Origin: Eledone cirrhosa
Lineage: Eukaryota
Reading direction: 5' to 3'
Length of the DNA: 64,000 bases
Assembly (NCBI GenBank): GCA_964016885.1
Contig: OZ024742.1
Span: forward strand, 26,970,001 to 27,034,000
Shown: one piece after another, positions 44,338 to 56,868 of the stretch
Layout of the letters: the number at the start of each line of letters is the position of its first letter
How positions within the stretch are numbered: position 1 is the first letter of the stretch
Translations under genes and position numbers: made by a program
Notes under the pieces: generated by a model
Databases searched by the model: none
What the model saw: the letters and a program-made list of their open reading frames with translations, nothing else
What the model was told of the DNA's origin: nothing

Positions 44338-46947
44338 TTGACGGGGGCCATCGTCAACAACAAGTGGTGGTTTGCTCTGAAAAGAGCGATTAGAATAGAA
44401 TCGATTAGGTTTAGTAAGGCTTTAGCAATAGAGAAAAATAGAGCAGAGGGAGAACTAGTTAGAAAATTAGACGAGGTGCTTAGCAAAGGCATTGCGACCG
44501 ACATGCTTGCGGCGAAATTGGCCCTTGACCAATTCTTCAATGCAAAGCACGAAGGCTGTGTTGTCAGAGCAAGGGTGCGTGCTCTCAGACACGAGGGGAC
44601 GAAAGCCGTTCAATGGGCCCGAGTGGCGGTGGCGCGTCATGGCATCAAATCCACGATCCGGTCTTTGGTGGACCACGACGGGCGCATGCTACTCGATCCC
44701 GGGCAAATGTGTGAAGCTTTTCAGCGACACTTCGCTCAGCTGTTCGGGGGCAGCGGTGGGCCGGGTAGAGGGATGGACTTTAGTGTCTACCTCGACGGAC
44801 GGCCGCGGCTCTCGGCCACTGAGGCGAAGTGTTGCGAAAAGCCGATAATAGCCGCTGAAGTAAGGGAGGCAATGACTGGCTGCACAAGGGGTAAATCGGC
44901 TGGTTTGGATGGTCTGCCCTATGAACTTTACGTACAGATGCCAGACTTGTTCGGAGGCCTCTTGGCGGACGTCTACTGCAACTGGCAACAGAACGGGAGA
45001 ATTCCCAGTTCTGTGAGCCGAGGAGCGGTGGAGCTGCTGAGAAAGGATCCGAACAAGGGGGATAACATAGATAATTTCCGGCCCATAATTCTGCTAAACA
45101 CAGAGTTCAAGATTTTGGTCAAGGTGCTAGCAAAGAGGTTGACGCTTGTCGTTGGTGTTCTGGTGGGAGAGGCGCAGACATGCGCCATTCCCGACAGATC
45201 CATCCACGACAACCTCCACCTCATGCGATACATCGTAGAAAGGGTAGCTAAGGAACCTGGCACGGGTGGGTCCTTGATCAATTTAGATCAGTCGAAAGCT
45301 TTCGATAGGGTCGACCATCGTTACCTAGCGGCAGTCCTGAGGGCGGCTGGCTTTAGGCGCGTCTTCAGAGGCTGGATCGCTGCCATGCACAGCGACATCT
45401 GCTCTGTGGTGAGAGTGAAAGGTCACCTGTCGGAACCGTTCTTCATCATGCGCTCGGTCCGCCAAGGATGTCCCCTCTCGTCCCTCTTGTACGTATTGAC
45501 TCTCGAGCCATTACTGCACAAACTGGAGACGTTGAGGGGCGTCCCGCGCGAACTAGGATGCGGAAGATCCGTGTCAGCATATGCGGACGATGTCACCGTA
45601 GTGGTGTCGAACGCCAAACACATCGAGGCGATCGGCACTAAAATAAGAGAATACGAAGCGGTGACAGGAGCAATGATCAACCAGGAAAAGTCAGTGGGCC
45701 TGCAGCTCGGCAACTGGAGAGGCAGGTCCATGCCGTCCAACAGCGTCGTCGGACGCTGGACGGACGGACCGGTTAAATTGCTAGGGGTCTGGTTCGGTTC
45801 GGACCTCCAGACGGACAAAAACTGGGACGAGGTGACGAGCAGGGTGGCTTCTCTCACCCAGAAATGGGCCGAGAGGAAGCTATCCCTGAAATGTCGAGCG
45901 GAGGTGGCTAACGCGTACATCGCGTCCGTCATCTGCTACCGCCTGACCGTCGTACCTTGTCCTAAGCCTGGCCTGACTGCGCTGGAGCGTTTGCTCTTTC
46001 GCTTTTTGTGGAAGGGACGCGCTCCGATGGTCAGGCGGTCCATCTGTTGTCAACACCCGCTACGTGGAGGGCTGGGCATGCCGTGGCTGATGATGCGCAG
46101 GCACGCGCTCAGGCTACGACATCTCCACCTCTTCCTCGACGGTGATCAGGTGTGGTCGCCGTTTGCTAGACACGTATTTCCCCAGCTCGTTTCCTTGACG
46201 GAGCTGCAGTCCTGGGTCAAGCGAAGACCGAGAGGGAGCGCCTGGAGACTGGAATGTCTTCAGGCGCTCACAGCCCTCGACCAATCGGGCAATGTGATCG
46301 GTGGAAACTCCACCTCGGCGTTCTATAGAGGATTAGTGGAGGGGAAGAGCGACGACGTACTTGGGGAAACTCTAGGCGTCGACGAAAATCAACTAGCCAA
46401 TCTCTTCGGAAGAACTTTCGGGCCAGGGCCTATGGACAACTTCCAGAAATCTCTGGCCTGGCAGTGCTATCGAGGAGCCTTGCCAGTTCGGGATAAACTC
46501 TACAGGCATGGAGGTGCCGTCAGCCGGGCATGTCCGAGATGCGCGCAGGGCGACGAAACCGTTCTGCACGTACTCGTCCAGTGTCCGAAAATTGCTGACT
46601 TGTGGGTTTATGTCGAACACCTGCTGTCGCGTTTAGGACGGATCCGGCTATCATCTGAGTCCATCGTGAGGATTGCCCCGCCCTCCTCCTTTAGCCGGGA
46701 AGGGCAGGCAGTTTTTATCTGTCTGGTGGCCATGGCGAAAGAGATAGTATGGTGGACACGTTTGAAAGGGCTGAAGACGAGCACTTACCTCTTCGGTGAT
46801 GCTCTGATTGACTTTTTCAAATTTCATTTGAAAAGGAAAATCAGAGTAGAGAGGGAAGTGCTCTCTTCCCAGCATTTTGTTGAAAGATGGGTGAGAGAAG
46901 CAAGAATGGCCCGAGTGAATGTGCCTACTCTGAGCATATATCTGTAA
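44338..46947 (+). CDS. ORF2 reverse transcriptase and C-terminal zinc finger (869-aa open segment of a disrupted ORF2)
   Basis: KSAGLDGLP, NFRPIILLN, DQSKAFDRVDH, RQGCPLS, AYADDV, GGLG and CPRC..ETVLHVLVQC. Confidence 0.92.
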   Translation: MTGAIVNNKWWFALKRAIRIESIRFSKALAIEKNRAEGELVRKLDEVLSKGIATDMLAAKLALDQFFNAKHEGCVVRARVRALRHEGTKAVQWARVAVARHGIKSTIRSLVDHDGRMLLDPGQMCEAFQRHFAQLFGGSGGPGRGMDFSVYLDGRPRLSATEAKCCEKPIIAAEVREAMTGCTRGKSAGLDGLPYELYVQMPDLFGGLLADVYCNWQQNGRIPSSVSRGAVELLRKDPNKGDNIDNFRPIILLNTEFKILVKVLAKRLTLVVGVLVGEAQTCAIPDRSIHDNLHLMRYIVERVAKEPGTGGSLINLDQSKAFDRVDHRYLAAVLRAAGFRRVFRGWIAAMHSDICSVVRVKGHLSEPFFIMRSVRQGCPLSSLLYVLTLEPLLHKLETLRGVPRELGCGRSVSAYADDVTVVVSNAKHIEAIGTKIREYEAVTGAMINQEKSVGLQLGNWRGRSMPSNSVVGRWTDGPVKLLGVWFGSDLQTDKNWDEVTSRVASLTQKWAERKLSLKCRAEVANAYIASVICYRLTVVPCPKPGLTALERLLFRFLWKGRAPMVRRSICCQHPLRGGLGMPWLMMRRHALRLRHLHLFLDGDQVWSPFARHVFPQLVSLTELQSWVKRRPRGSAWRLECLQALTALDQSGNVIGGNSTSAFYRGLVEGKSDDVLGETLGVDENQLANLFGRTFGPGPMDNFQKSLAWQCYRGALPVRDKLYRHGGAVSRACPRCAQGDETVLHVLVQCPKIADLWVYVEHLLSRLGRIRLSSESIVRIAPPSSFSREGQAVFICLVAMAKEIVWWTRLKGLKTSTYLFGDALIDFFKFHLKRKIRVEREVLSSQHFVERWVREARMARVNVPTLSIYL

Positions 46948-47195
46948 ATTAAAGGTGGAAAACTGGGAGAGGGCACTTGCCTTGGTGGTCAGGGTCATTG
47001 TGGCTTTTTACTGGGCTTTCTCCACAAATGTCCCTCCGAAGTCTCCCCCCTATTGGGGAATTTTTCATTGTTATTTTTTGTTACATCCTCTGTTTTTGTT
47101 TTTTACACGCAGAAATGCCCATTTGTACCGTCCTGCATTGTCCTGCACTGTCCTTAATGTCTACTTTATGTAAACCCTTGTGGTTAATAAAGAAA

Positions 47196-47259
<64 letters not shown>

Positions 47260-47260
<1 letters not shown>

Positions 47261-47635
47261 TGTGTGTGTGAATGTTTGCGCGTATGTCTATGTGTAGGTC
47301 TGTGCGTGTATGTCTGTGTATATATGTCTGTGTGTGTGTAATTGCCTGTATGTATGTGCATGTATGTCTGTATATTTGTGCGCGTGAGTGTTTGTGTGTA
47401 TGTCTGTATATGTATGTTTGTATATTTGTGTATGCGTGCATGTGTGTATGTCTATGTATGTGTGTCTCTGTGTTTGTGTGTATGTCTGTGTATGTATGTT
47501 TGTATATTTATGTGTGTCAGTGTTTGTGTGTATGTCTGTATATGTACGTCTGTGTGTGTGTGTGTGTGTTTTTGTCTGTGTGTTTGTGTGTATGTCAGTG
47601 TATGCATGTCGGTATATGTGTGTGTGTGTCTATAT
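47260..47635. repeat. Degenerate (TG)n/(TATG)n tract
   Basis: Seen directly. Confidence 0.9.
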
Positions 47636-48085
47636 ATTAGGTATTTGTCATTCAATTGATGGCTCACCCCTGTCTTCATAATAACATATATGATAACAAA
47701 TAAAAATGTAAGAATTATCCAGTAAAATCAAGTACGTTGCTATGGCTGCCATAAAGCACAAAATTGAAATTGATATTTTAGGTGGCCCATTGCGAAGAAT
47801 TGGATCCTCATATCGCTGCAGACCATGCCATGCAAGGTGACAAACTGTTAAAAGTATTAATTCATATCATATGGTAATGGAATGGACTTCTGTTGCTTTC
47901 GGCGATGAATGTTCCAATTGTTTGATAACTATATGTGCCTGTTCATAAAATTAGCGTGTAACTTGCTCAGCATGTTAAATGTATCATATATTCTTCAGCT
48001 AACTCTCAGCGTGAGTCATTATGACAACGCTAGTCCTTTTAAATTAGATGCACTCTCAAATAGTTTCCAGCTGGCCAATTTTACT

Positions 48086-48323
48086 CGGCAGTTGTTAGCT
48101 GCCAGGACACTGCATCCTTCAAAAATGTCTATGTTTCCTGAAATCCGCCAACATAACACCTGAAATTCCTCATCCATAGATTCGTACTCGTGTGTGTGTG
48201 TGTGACTCTGTGTATAGCATGAGTCATGTTAACTTTCCTGATATTGGAACATTATTTTATGTAATATTTATGTACCTTTGATGAGCTGTAATGCAGCTGA
48301 GCACTGTACACAATAATATTCAT
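48086..48323 (+). mobile_element. 3' end of a CR1-type LINE (second copy)
   Basis: Homologous to 26340-26572; reads ...FPEIRQHNT* and ends with tail ctgagcactgtacacaataat. Confidence 0.55.
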
Positions 48324-48505
48324 TGGATTAGCAGTATTGATAGAGGGTCGGACGCCTTGTTTTGCAGCACAGAGCTGCGTCCCTTTACGGACTGAATTCA
48401 AATCCAGCCGATGTTAACTTTGCCTTTCATCCTTACGGGGTCGATAAAATAAAGTACCAGTAATGTACTGGTTGATTGCTGGCCTTGTGCCTAAAGTAGA
48501 AACAA
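48324..48505 (+). mobile_element. SINE S1
   Basis: ggattagcagtattgatagagggtcggacgcc ... ggccttgtgcctaaagtagaaac. Confidence 0.9.
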
Positions 48506-48519
48506 TTATTATTTGAACT

Positions 48520-48683
48520 CTTAACTGTAACCATGGCTTTTGTGGGCTTTCTCCACGAACAAACTTTGGAGTCTCCTTACATTTGGGGCATTTGTGTCTG
48601 CTTTTGTAAATGTTTAATGTATCGCGCTGTACCGTATTTAATGTTTCTTTAATGCGATACCTGTGATGCTAATAAAGAAAGCC
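48520..48683 (+). mobile_element. 3'UTR-only insertion of a Tx1-related LINE with a 14-bp TSD
   Basis: Shares gggctttctccac, agtctcc, ttgggg and taataaagaaa with 46995-47197; TSD ttattatttgaact at 48506-48519 and 48684-48697. Confidence 0.75.
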
Positions 48684-49035
48684 TTATTATTTGAACTATA
48701 TGCGTTGAGACCCAGAACGAGTTCAACAAATTATTTTATCCGATGTCATAACGACACTAACATTTCTTTGCCCATCCACAATAGAATGGTAGATGTAAAT
48801 CCAGAAATGTCTTTGGCAATGTTATTGTTCTACCAAGTTCTCTTTGATGATGGTTCACTTTAATTAAATATCTAGTGATGAACATCTATGTATATATTTA
48901 GTGACACTATAAATATATATCTAGTGACAAAAGTATGTGTGTTGTTGATAATGACTTAATATAATTTTAAATCTAGAGATAAACATGTATATAAACATGT
49001 GTATCTCTAGATTTAAAATTATATTAAGTCATTAT

Positions 49036-49129
<94 letters not shown>

Positions 49130-49480
49130 GTGACACTATAAATGCGCAGCTAGTTATGCACTTGTATGTATATATTTAGTGACACTATATTATATATCCA
49201 GTGTTTGTATAGTTGATGGTGACATTATAATATATATCAAGTGATGAACATGTATGAATATATATTTAGTGACACTATAAATATATATATCTAGTGACAA
49301 ACATGTATGTATATAGTTGATAATTACACAATATAATTATATATCTAGTGATAAAAAGGTATGTATATATTTAACGATGACACTGTAATTATACATCTAA
49401 TGATAAACATGTATGTATATGGTTAATGGTGACACAACCTGGTATATCTAGTGATAAACAGGTTTGTATAGAGTTGATGA

Positions 49481-49667
49481 TGGATTGGCAATATCGGTAG
49501 AGGGTCGGACGCCATGCTTTGACGAATAGAGTTACGGCCCTTGCCATTCTGAGTTCAAATCCCGCCGAGGTTAACTTTGCCTTTCATCCTTACGGGGTCG
49601 ATAAAATAAAGTACCAGTAATGCACTGGGTAATTGCTGGCCTTGTGCCTAAAGGAGAAACAATTATT
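49481..49667 (+). mobile_element. SINE S1
   Basis: Full-length match to other S1 copies. Confidence 0.9.
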
Positions 49668-49892
49668 GTATATATCTAGTGATAAACATGTTGATGATGA
49701 CACTATGTTGTATATCTAGTGATAAACATGTTGATGATGACACTATGTTGTATATCTAGTGATAAACATGTTGATGATGACACTATGTTGTATATCTAGT
49801 GATAAACATGTTGATGATGACACTATGTTGTATATCTAGTGATGAACATGGATGTATATAGTTGATGATGACACTATAATTATATATATTCA

Positions 49893-50028
49893 ATAATTGT
49901 TTCTACTTTTAGCACAAGGCCAACAATGACCCTGGTATTTTATTTTATCGACCGCGTAAGGATGAAAGGCAAAGTTAACCTGGGCGGGATTTGAACTCAG
50001 ATCATAAACGGCCGTTACTCTTTTGCTG
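49893..50028 (-). mobile_element. SINE S1 (5'-truncated)
   Basis: ttttatcgaccgcgtaaggatgaaaggcaaagttaacc...gatttgaactcag. Confidence 0.85.
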
Positions 50029-50923
50029 ATATGTATATAACATCCGTATGGCAGGAAGACTCTATCTTGAACGTAAATATGTAAACAATAAACGTTATGA
50101 GATATAGTCTTTCAAATAAAATTTAAATAAAAATTACATAGCTTAAAACATTTGCCGGGATCCAAAGAGACCCCACTGGTCCATGTAGGGTTAAGGACAC
50201 TGTAATTATACATCTAGTGATAAACATGTATGTATATATTTAATGTCACTATAATTATATATCTAGTGATTAATATGTAAGTGTATAGGTAATAATTATA
50301 TATCTAGTAAGGAAAAATTAATTATGTTCGTGTAATTAATGATTCATCATTCGATATATAATTACAGATTTAATCATTAAATATACACATTCATATTCAT
50401 ATTTACCTATACACCTACTGGTTCATCATAATTATATATATATATAATATATCCGACGTTCTAACGAATCTCCCCCCCCCCCTCTCTCTCTCACTCTCTC
50501 TGTATATATATATGTATATATTTATATATATCCCTGCGGGTTCAAAATCACACAAACACACACTCACACACACACACATATATATACCCATACATGTTCA
50601 CAATTAGACATACCACTGCGGGGTTACCAATATATTAATAGAGGCACATCGTGATATACCATTATATTCCTGCCTAGATAAACATATCTTATATTCAGAC
50701 ATTTTAAAGCAAGGAACATTGTTAGCGATGTATCCTTCTCAAAGACAGTCGTGTATGAATTGAAAGATTTTTCTCTGCTTTATTTAGCTTGTATGATCTT
50801 AATTATGAGAAAGAGAATGTAACGTTGCATGAATATTTCTTTCATAAATTTTGTAGTCAATCTGTGAGTATTGAAGTAATGAAATATTATCCTTCTCTTC
50901 CAGCCCCACTCTCTCCCTCTCGT

Positions 50924-50957
<34 letters not shown>

Positions 50958-51002
50958 TGCATATATATATATTTATATATTTATTATATATGTATGTATG
51001 CG

Positions 51003-51054
<52 letters not shown>

Positions 51055-51148
51055 AGTGTGTGTTTTTGTGCATACGTATATGTATATGTGTGTGTATGTG
51101 TACATATATATATGTATATGTGTGCGTGTGTGTACACATTAATATATG

Positions 51149-51215
<67 letters not shown>

Positions 51216-51752
51216 GTGTGTGTGCGTGCGTGCGTGTATGTGTGTGTGTGTTTGAGAGAGATGGAGTGAGTGTAAGTAAGAGGGATATTTCTAAGATGTC
51301 CAGTTTTATTTGTATAATGTGCATTCGGCGTTGTCAGAATTAATTAAATCATCAACATTTTCGTTCAACGTGGCCTATATTAGAAAATCGAAGATGAATT
51401 TAATATAGGTAAGATACGGCTTAGACATGTTATTGTGAACACGTAAACAATGTGAACACTTTTTCTTATTCTCGTCGTACATAGCGAAAATATAAAACTG
51501 GATCATGACATGCTACAGAGCTAATGGACAGGAACATGCAACCTACAAACACACCTACACACAGACACACACATACACACAGACACATTATATATATATA
51601 TATATATATATAACCAAAAGTTAAACAAGGTTCATTGATTAATCAATGAATATAGTTTTACAATAGATTAGAAGCACTCAACAACGAAATTTTCTGGAGT
51701 TATTAATATTAATTCAAAATATTAATAAATGTAGACATTTACGTAATCAAAA

Positions 51753-51822
51753 TATATTTTATTATATATATTTTGGAGGTACTGTGCTGTTTTTTCAGTA
51801 CGTCCTCATCAGATAAAATATA
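51753..51822 (-). ncRNA. Type-I hammerhead ribozyme, family E (GAAA>AAAA in this arm)
   Basis: Minus strand: uauauuuuau CUGAUGA ggacguacug-11nt-caguaccucc AAAA uauaua UA auaaaauaua. Stem I is 10 bp and stem II pairs 9 of 10. The opposite arm retains GAAA (51912). Confidence 0.75.
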
Positions 51823-51925
51823 TAAATTGATGTATGACATACCGCAACTGTGCTGATGGTACAATTCCAGTCTTGGCAAGTCTATGACTGAAAAAACAGC
51901 ACAGTACCTCCGAAATATATATAAT

Positions 51926-52075
51926 TGTTTCTACTTTTAAGCTCAAGGCCAGCAATTATCCCAGTGCATTACTGGTACTTTATTTTATCGACCCCGTAAG
52001 GATGAAAGGCAAAGTCAACCTCGGCAGGATTTGAACTCAGATCGTAAAGGGACGTAACTATGGTGGAAAGCATGG
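51926..52075 (-). mobile_element. SINE S1 with 15-bp TSD
   Basis: TSD cgaaatatatataat at 51911-51925 and 52076-52090. Confidence 0.9.
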
Positions 52076-52160
52076 CGAAATATATATAATAAAATATATT
52101 TTGATTACGTGAATGTCTACATTTATTAATGTTTTGAATTAATATATATATATATATATG

Positions 52161-52248
<88 letters not shown>

Positions 52249-53369
52249 ATATGTATATACATATATATATATACATATGTATATATATATATATATATGT
52301 GTGTGTGTCTGTGTCTGTTTCTGTGTGTGTACATATATGTATATAATATAACACACGTATTAATGTTCCTACGTCTGTGTGTGTGTACCTGCGCCTGTGT
52401 ATATGTATGCGTATGTATATTCTCGTCAAAACGATTCTATTAATAACGTATTCGTGTATGGAGAGTTCCGTCATTGGTTGTATGTAGGTTTAGCAACATA
52501 GTCTCACGCATACACACACGGATACATACAACACGGAGAGTCTTTCACACTTACATACACATAGACACAGACACATGCACACAGAGACAGAAAGACACAC
52601 ACACACAGCGCCCACCACGCACAAACACATAGACAGCTACACACACACACAGACACACACACATACAGACACATAAGCACGTGCACATAGAAATACAGAT
52701 ACCTCCACACACAAACATAGAAAATCACGCACGCACACACACACACCCAGAACCAGCCACATAGACACACTGAGACCTAAACATACGTAGGCAGACACAC
52801 CGAGAGACACACAAATCTCTCACACACACATACACGCAATGAGATCTAAACACAGCGAAACACACACACACACACACACGCTCACGTATCTCTCTCTCAC
52901 ACACACACGTGTGTGTGTGTGTATGAATATGGGGGAGTGTTTATATAGCTGCAAGTTTATCTGATCAGAAGGAAGTGCAACTCTCATATATATTCGCTGT
53001 TAATTTCCTGTGCAATATTCTCTCTAGAGTAGACAGACAATACAAGCAGGTGTGTACAGCACACTACCCAATACAGCCAAAGTTCTTTTATTCTTCAACT
53101 CAGCCACTTCGACTATTTAAATTTAGAGCAGCACAGGCATTCTTAAGACGTCCACTTCCCTCTAGCTTTCACTCTGTCTATCTATTATACGTTCTTCATT
53201 CCTCCATCTCTATTTCTCACACTTTCTGTTTACTATCCCCGCTTCTTTATTCATTTCTCTTCCTCTTTCAAATGATGTCTCTTTGCTCTCGCCCTCTATT
53301 AATATATTTCTTCATTTTATTCGCTCTTTGAAGTTCTCCCTCCTTACGTATCTCTCTATGTATATATAT

Positions 53370-53414
<45 letters not shown>

Positions 53415-53484
53415 TATACGCTATAGTCACTTATATATTATGGAATACTGTTGGCTTCTTGCTACAATACTTTCTATACCTTTC

Positions 53485-53561
<77 letters not shown>

Positions 53562-53731
53562 TATATATATACATGCATGTATATATATACTTAAAAACAT
53601 AAACACACAGCTATTTATATATAAGAGTGTGTGTTTGTGCATAGAACAATAGAAAACACAAGTCTGATGTAGGTAGATAGTTCATAGTTTTATGTGCGTA
53701 TCTATCTATCTATCTATCTCTCTCTCTCTCT

Positions 53732-53783
<52 letters not shown>

Positions 53784-53989
53784 CAAGATGTATGGTAGGT
53801 CGTACGTAAATCGCGATGATCACGCCTGACCGACCAAATGTGCGACGCATAGAGCTTAACTAGCTACCGTCGTATAACCATATGGCCGGACGAAACGGCT
53901 GTCAGCAATACACTTGTTATAATGTCATAAAAGCTCCTTTGTTCTTTTTCCTTAATATATATATATATGTGTATATATATATATATATG

Positions 53990-54042
<53 letters not shown>

Positions 54043-54054
54043 CCATGTCCATTA

Positions 54055-54092
54055 CGAGCTGAGGATCCGCTAAGCTGAAACAATTGTTCTCG
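54055..54092 (+). ncRNA. Minimal type-I hammerhead ribozyme, family F
   Basis: cgag CTGAGGA tccgctaagct GAAA caattg TT ctcg; helix III palindrome AACAAUUGUU; weak stem II. It lies in a 150-bp island (54041-54193) between (TA)n tracts. Confidence 0.7.
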
Positions 54093-54190
54093 GTATGGTG
54101 AACTAACTGTTGTGTAACCACTTCTACCTAACTCGTCCCATGGACCGAGTGCTCTACCACTACGGATATTACCTTCCAGTGTTCTACCAC

Positions 54191-54249
<59 letters not shown>

Positions 54250-54377
54250 GTATATAATATAACGTATTAATATACGTTAGTAACTGAGGCAATAGTACAA
54301 TACATTTACCATCGTTCGGTTGGTCTCATTTATTTATTCAAAAAGAAATATTTTTAACATTTAACCGCTAACATTGT

Positions 54378-54465
<88 letters not shown>

Positions 54466-54468
<3 letters not shown>

Positions 54469-55246
54469 TACGGGATGAGGAGAGATCGATTCATGTCAGA
54501 AAAAACAATGGAAAAGCGTTTAATCAGATCCAAAAGACTTTTCAACAAACATAAAAATCCATCCGAAGATGGTGTGATTTGTTTTTGCTCAGATGAGAAA
54601 CACTTTGACCAGGACCACAAAACTAACAGAATAAATGACAGATGGCTATGTGCAGACCCTTCTGAGGTTCCAAGAGTAATGCACACAAAATTTCCTTTGG
54701 TTGTTATTAAATGAAGGACATGTGATCCCTCCTCACGTTTTTCCACAACGCTTAGGGTAAATGCTGCTGCATATATTGAGGTTCTGAATAAAGTTGTTAA
54801 GCGTTGGATCAACATTGTATGCAATGGACGGCCTTATGTCTTTCAACAAGATTCTGCACCATCACACAAGGCTCATGTGACACAAGAATGGATAGCTGAA
54901 ATTTTACATGATCACATTACTCCTAATTCTCCAGATCTCAATCCACTGGACTATCTATGTAGCATCGTTGAGAAAAATATCAATGAACACCCTCATAGCA
55001 CCAACAATTCTTTGAAAGCCGCCATAATTCGAGTCGTCCAATAAGGACCACTTAATCCGAGCTTGCAAACGATTTCGACCCCCAGTAGAAGTAGTTATGT
55101 TTATGTTGGTTTTATTGAATGAAATTATTAAATTGATAACTTAGCTTTATATTTATGTTATATTTATAATAATACAGTTTTTTTCTGTTATTATATAAGC
55201 GTTTATTTTAAACCATAAATGTGTCCTCAAATACTGTCCGCACCTG
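54466..55246 (+). pseudogene. Tc1/mariner-superfamily transposase remnant (maT/DD37D-like) with right terminus
   Basis: FCSDEKHF, NDRWL, YVFQQDSAPSH and SPDLNPLDY across frameshifts; ends ...ccgcacctg followed by TA. Confidence 0.85.
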
Positions 55247-55285
55247 TATATATATATATATAATGTAATATATATATATATAATG

Positions 55286-55415
<130 letters not shown>

Positions 55416-55573
55416 CATTATAATTATACGCCACAGGCATACGCCACCGGTCTAATACCTACAACGCTGAAGACCACTGTGCTGCGGAGCATAGGCACCC
55501 CTGCACCGGCTCCACCACCCGCAGAATCCTAATTGAGCAGGGAGGCCGCACCTCGCAGGTTCATAACCCCACG

Positions 55574-56509
55574 GTGGGCCTATATAACCCTCATGATAGT
55601 GACGGCACCGCACACACAATTGACACCAATCGAGCTCGAACTGAGCTGTGCACAATCACGCGATGGCCCACGGCGAACACCCAACAACCCCGCAAGAATA
55701 GGACCAGGAAGGTCACATGGTATAACCCTCCGTATTCTGTGGGTCTACGTACCAGCCTGGCTAGAACATTCTTTAGAGTACTGGATATAGGCTTCCCTAG
55801 GCCCCATAAGTACCATAAAATATTCAACAGACACACGGTGAAACTTTCCTACTCAACCCCACGCTCCGTAGCCCAGCACATAGCTGGCATAAATAGGAAT
55901 AGGCTCACTGCCTCTAATAACACCGTAAACCCCGGAGCCACCCAACAGAACCAGCACGCGGGACGCATCGGAGCCCGGACAGGCCCAACTAGAACACTGG
56001 AACTCAACGACTCTGTGCTGATTGCGGAGGCTACCCAGCCAACCCCGAGTGATGCTAACCACGCGGTACATGTGGTGGGACTTAAGAAGTCATGTAATTG
56101 CAGAGACCCGTCGCTATGCCCCATTAGTAATGAATGCATGATCAAAAACGTGATCTACAGGTGCAAGGTCACAACCCCTAACTCGGAGCACCACTACATA
56201 GGATCCACAGCGACGAGCTTCAAAGCTCGGTGGTATAACCATTACTTTAACATAATAGATAAAAGGAAATTTACGACCCTTTCTGAACGGATCTGTAAGC
56301 TCAAACGTGAAAAGACCCCGCACTCTCTGGTCTGGTCCGTGGTTAGAAAGGTTCCCCCAGACAGAGGCGGGTCTGGTATTTGCAACCTCTGTCTTAGTGA
56401 GACACTCGAGATTCTTCATGGCGGAACCAAGCTATTAAACAGAAGGGCCGACTTATTCGGTGCCTGCAGACACCTAAGGACGGGAACTTTCCTCAAGCTA
56501 TATGGATAA
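55574..56509 (+). CDS. PLE linker and GIY-YIG endonuclease (C-terminal part of the ORF)
   Basis: VTWYNPPYS, KIFNRHTVKLSYS, CNC..CP..C, NVIYRC..HYIGST..FKARWYNH, CNLCLSE and LLNRR..CRH. Confidence 0.88.
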   Translation: MGLYNPHDSDGTAHTIDTNRARTELCTITRWPTANTQQPRKNRTRKVTWYNPPYSVGLRTSLARTFFRVLDIGFPRPHKYHKIFNRHTVKLSYSTPRSVAQHIAGINRNRLTASNNTVNPGATQQNQHAGRIGARTGPTRTLELNDSVLIAEATQPTPSDANHAVHVVGLKKSCNCRDPSLCPISNECMIKNVIYRCKVTTPNSEHHYIGSTATSFKARWYNHYFNIIDKRKFTTLSERICKLKREKTPHSLVWSVVRKVPPDRGGSGICNLCLSETLEILHGGTKLLNRRADLFGACRHLRTGTFLKLYG

Positions 56510-56807
56510 ATCCCGGTTACGGCCTCCCACAAGCCCCCCCCCCCCCGGTAGGTCCCCTTACCCCGTACCAATGACCAATGGACAACAACAACCACCGATG
56601 GTTTGCGGTCCTTATGGTGGATGGTCCACCGGGTCATCTACTGGTTAGGAGTCATCTAAACAATGTTTTATTGAACCTGATTTTATATATATATGTATAT
56701 ATGTATCATGTGTATATATGTGTATTTTATATGTGTATGTATGCGTATTTTTTATATGTGTGCGTATCTGTATGTATATATTTTATATATATATGTGTGT
56801 ATGTGTG

Positions 56808-56868
<61 letters not shown>

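Larger units (their letters stand above)
41287..47197 (+). mobile_element. Near full-length Tx1/L1-clade LINE
   Basis: ORF1 remnant, APE-RT ORF2, and 3'UTR with AATAAA at 47186; (TTA)n on both sides. The 5' boundary is approximate. Confidence 0.9.
48870..50312. repeat. 40-bp minisatellite (tatatctagtgataaacatgttgatgatgacactatgttg) with degenerate flanking copies, interrupted by SINEs
   Basis: Four perfect units from 49671; ctagtgataaacatg and gacactat motifs recur through 48870-49480 and 50195-50312. Confidence 0.85.
51705..52146. mobile_element. Fold-back hammerhead element, family E, split by a SINE
   Basis: Inverted arms 51705-51799 / 51887-51925 plus 52091-52146. Confidence 0.8.

Noticed and set aside
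53821-53910. CTGACCGA...GAAAcggctgTC hammerhead-like string
   Set aside because: Non-canonical core and no stem I pairing
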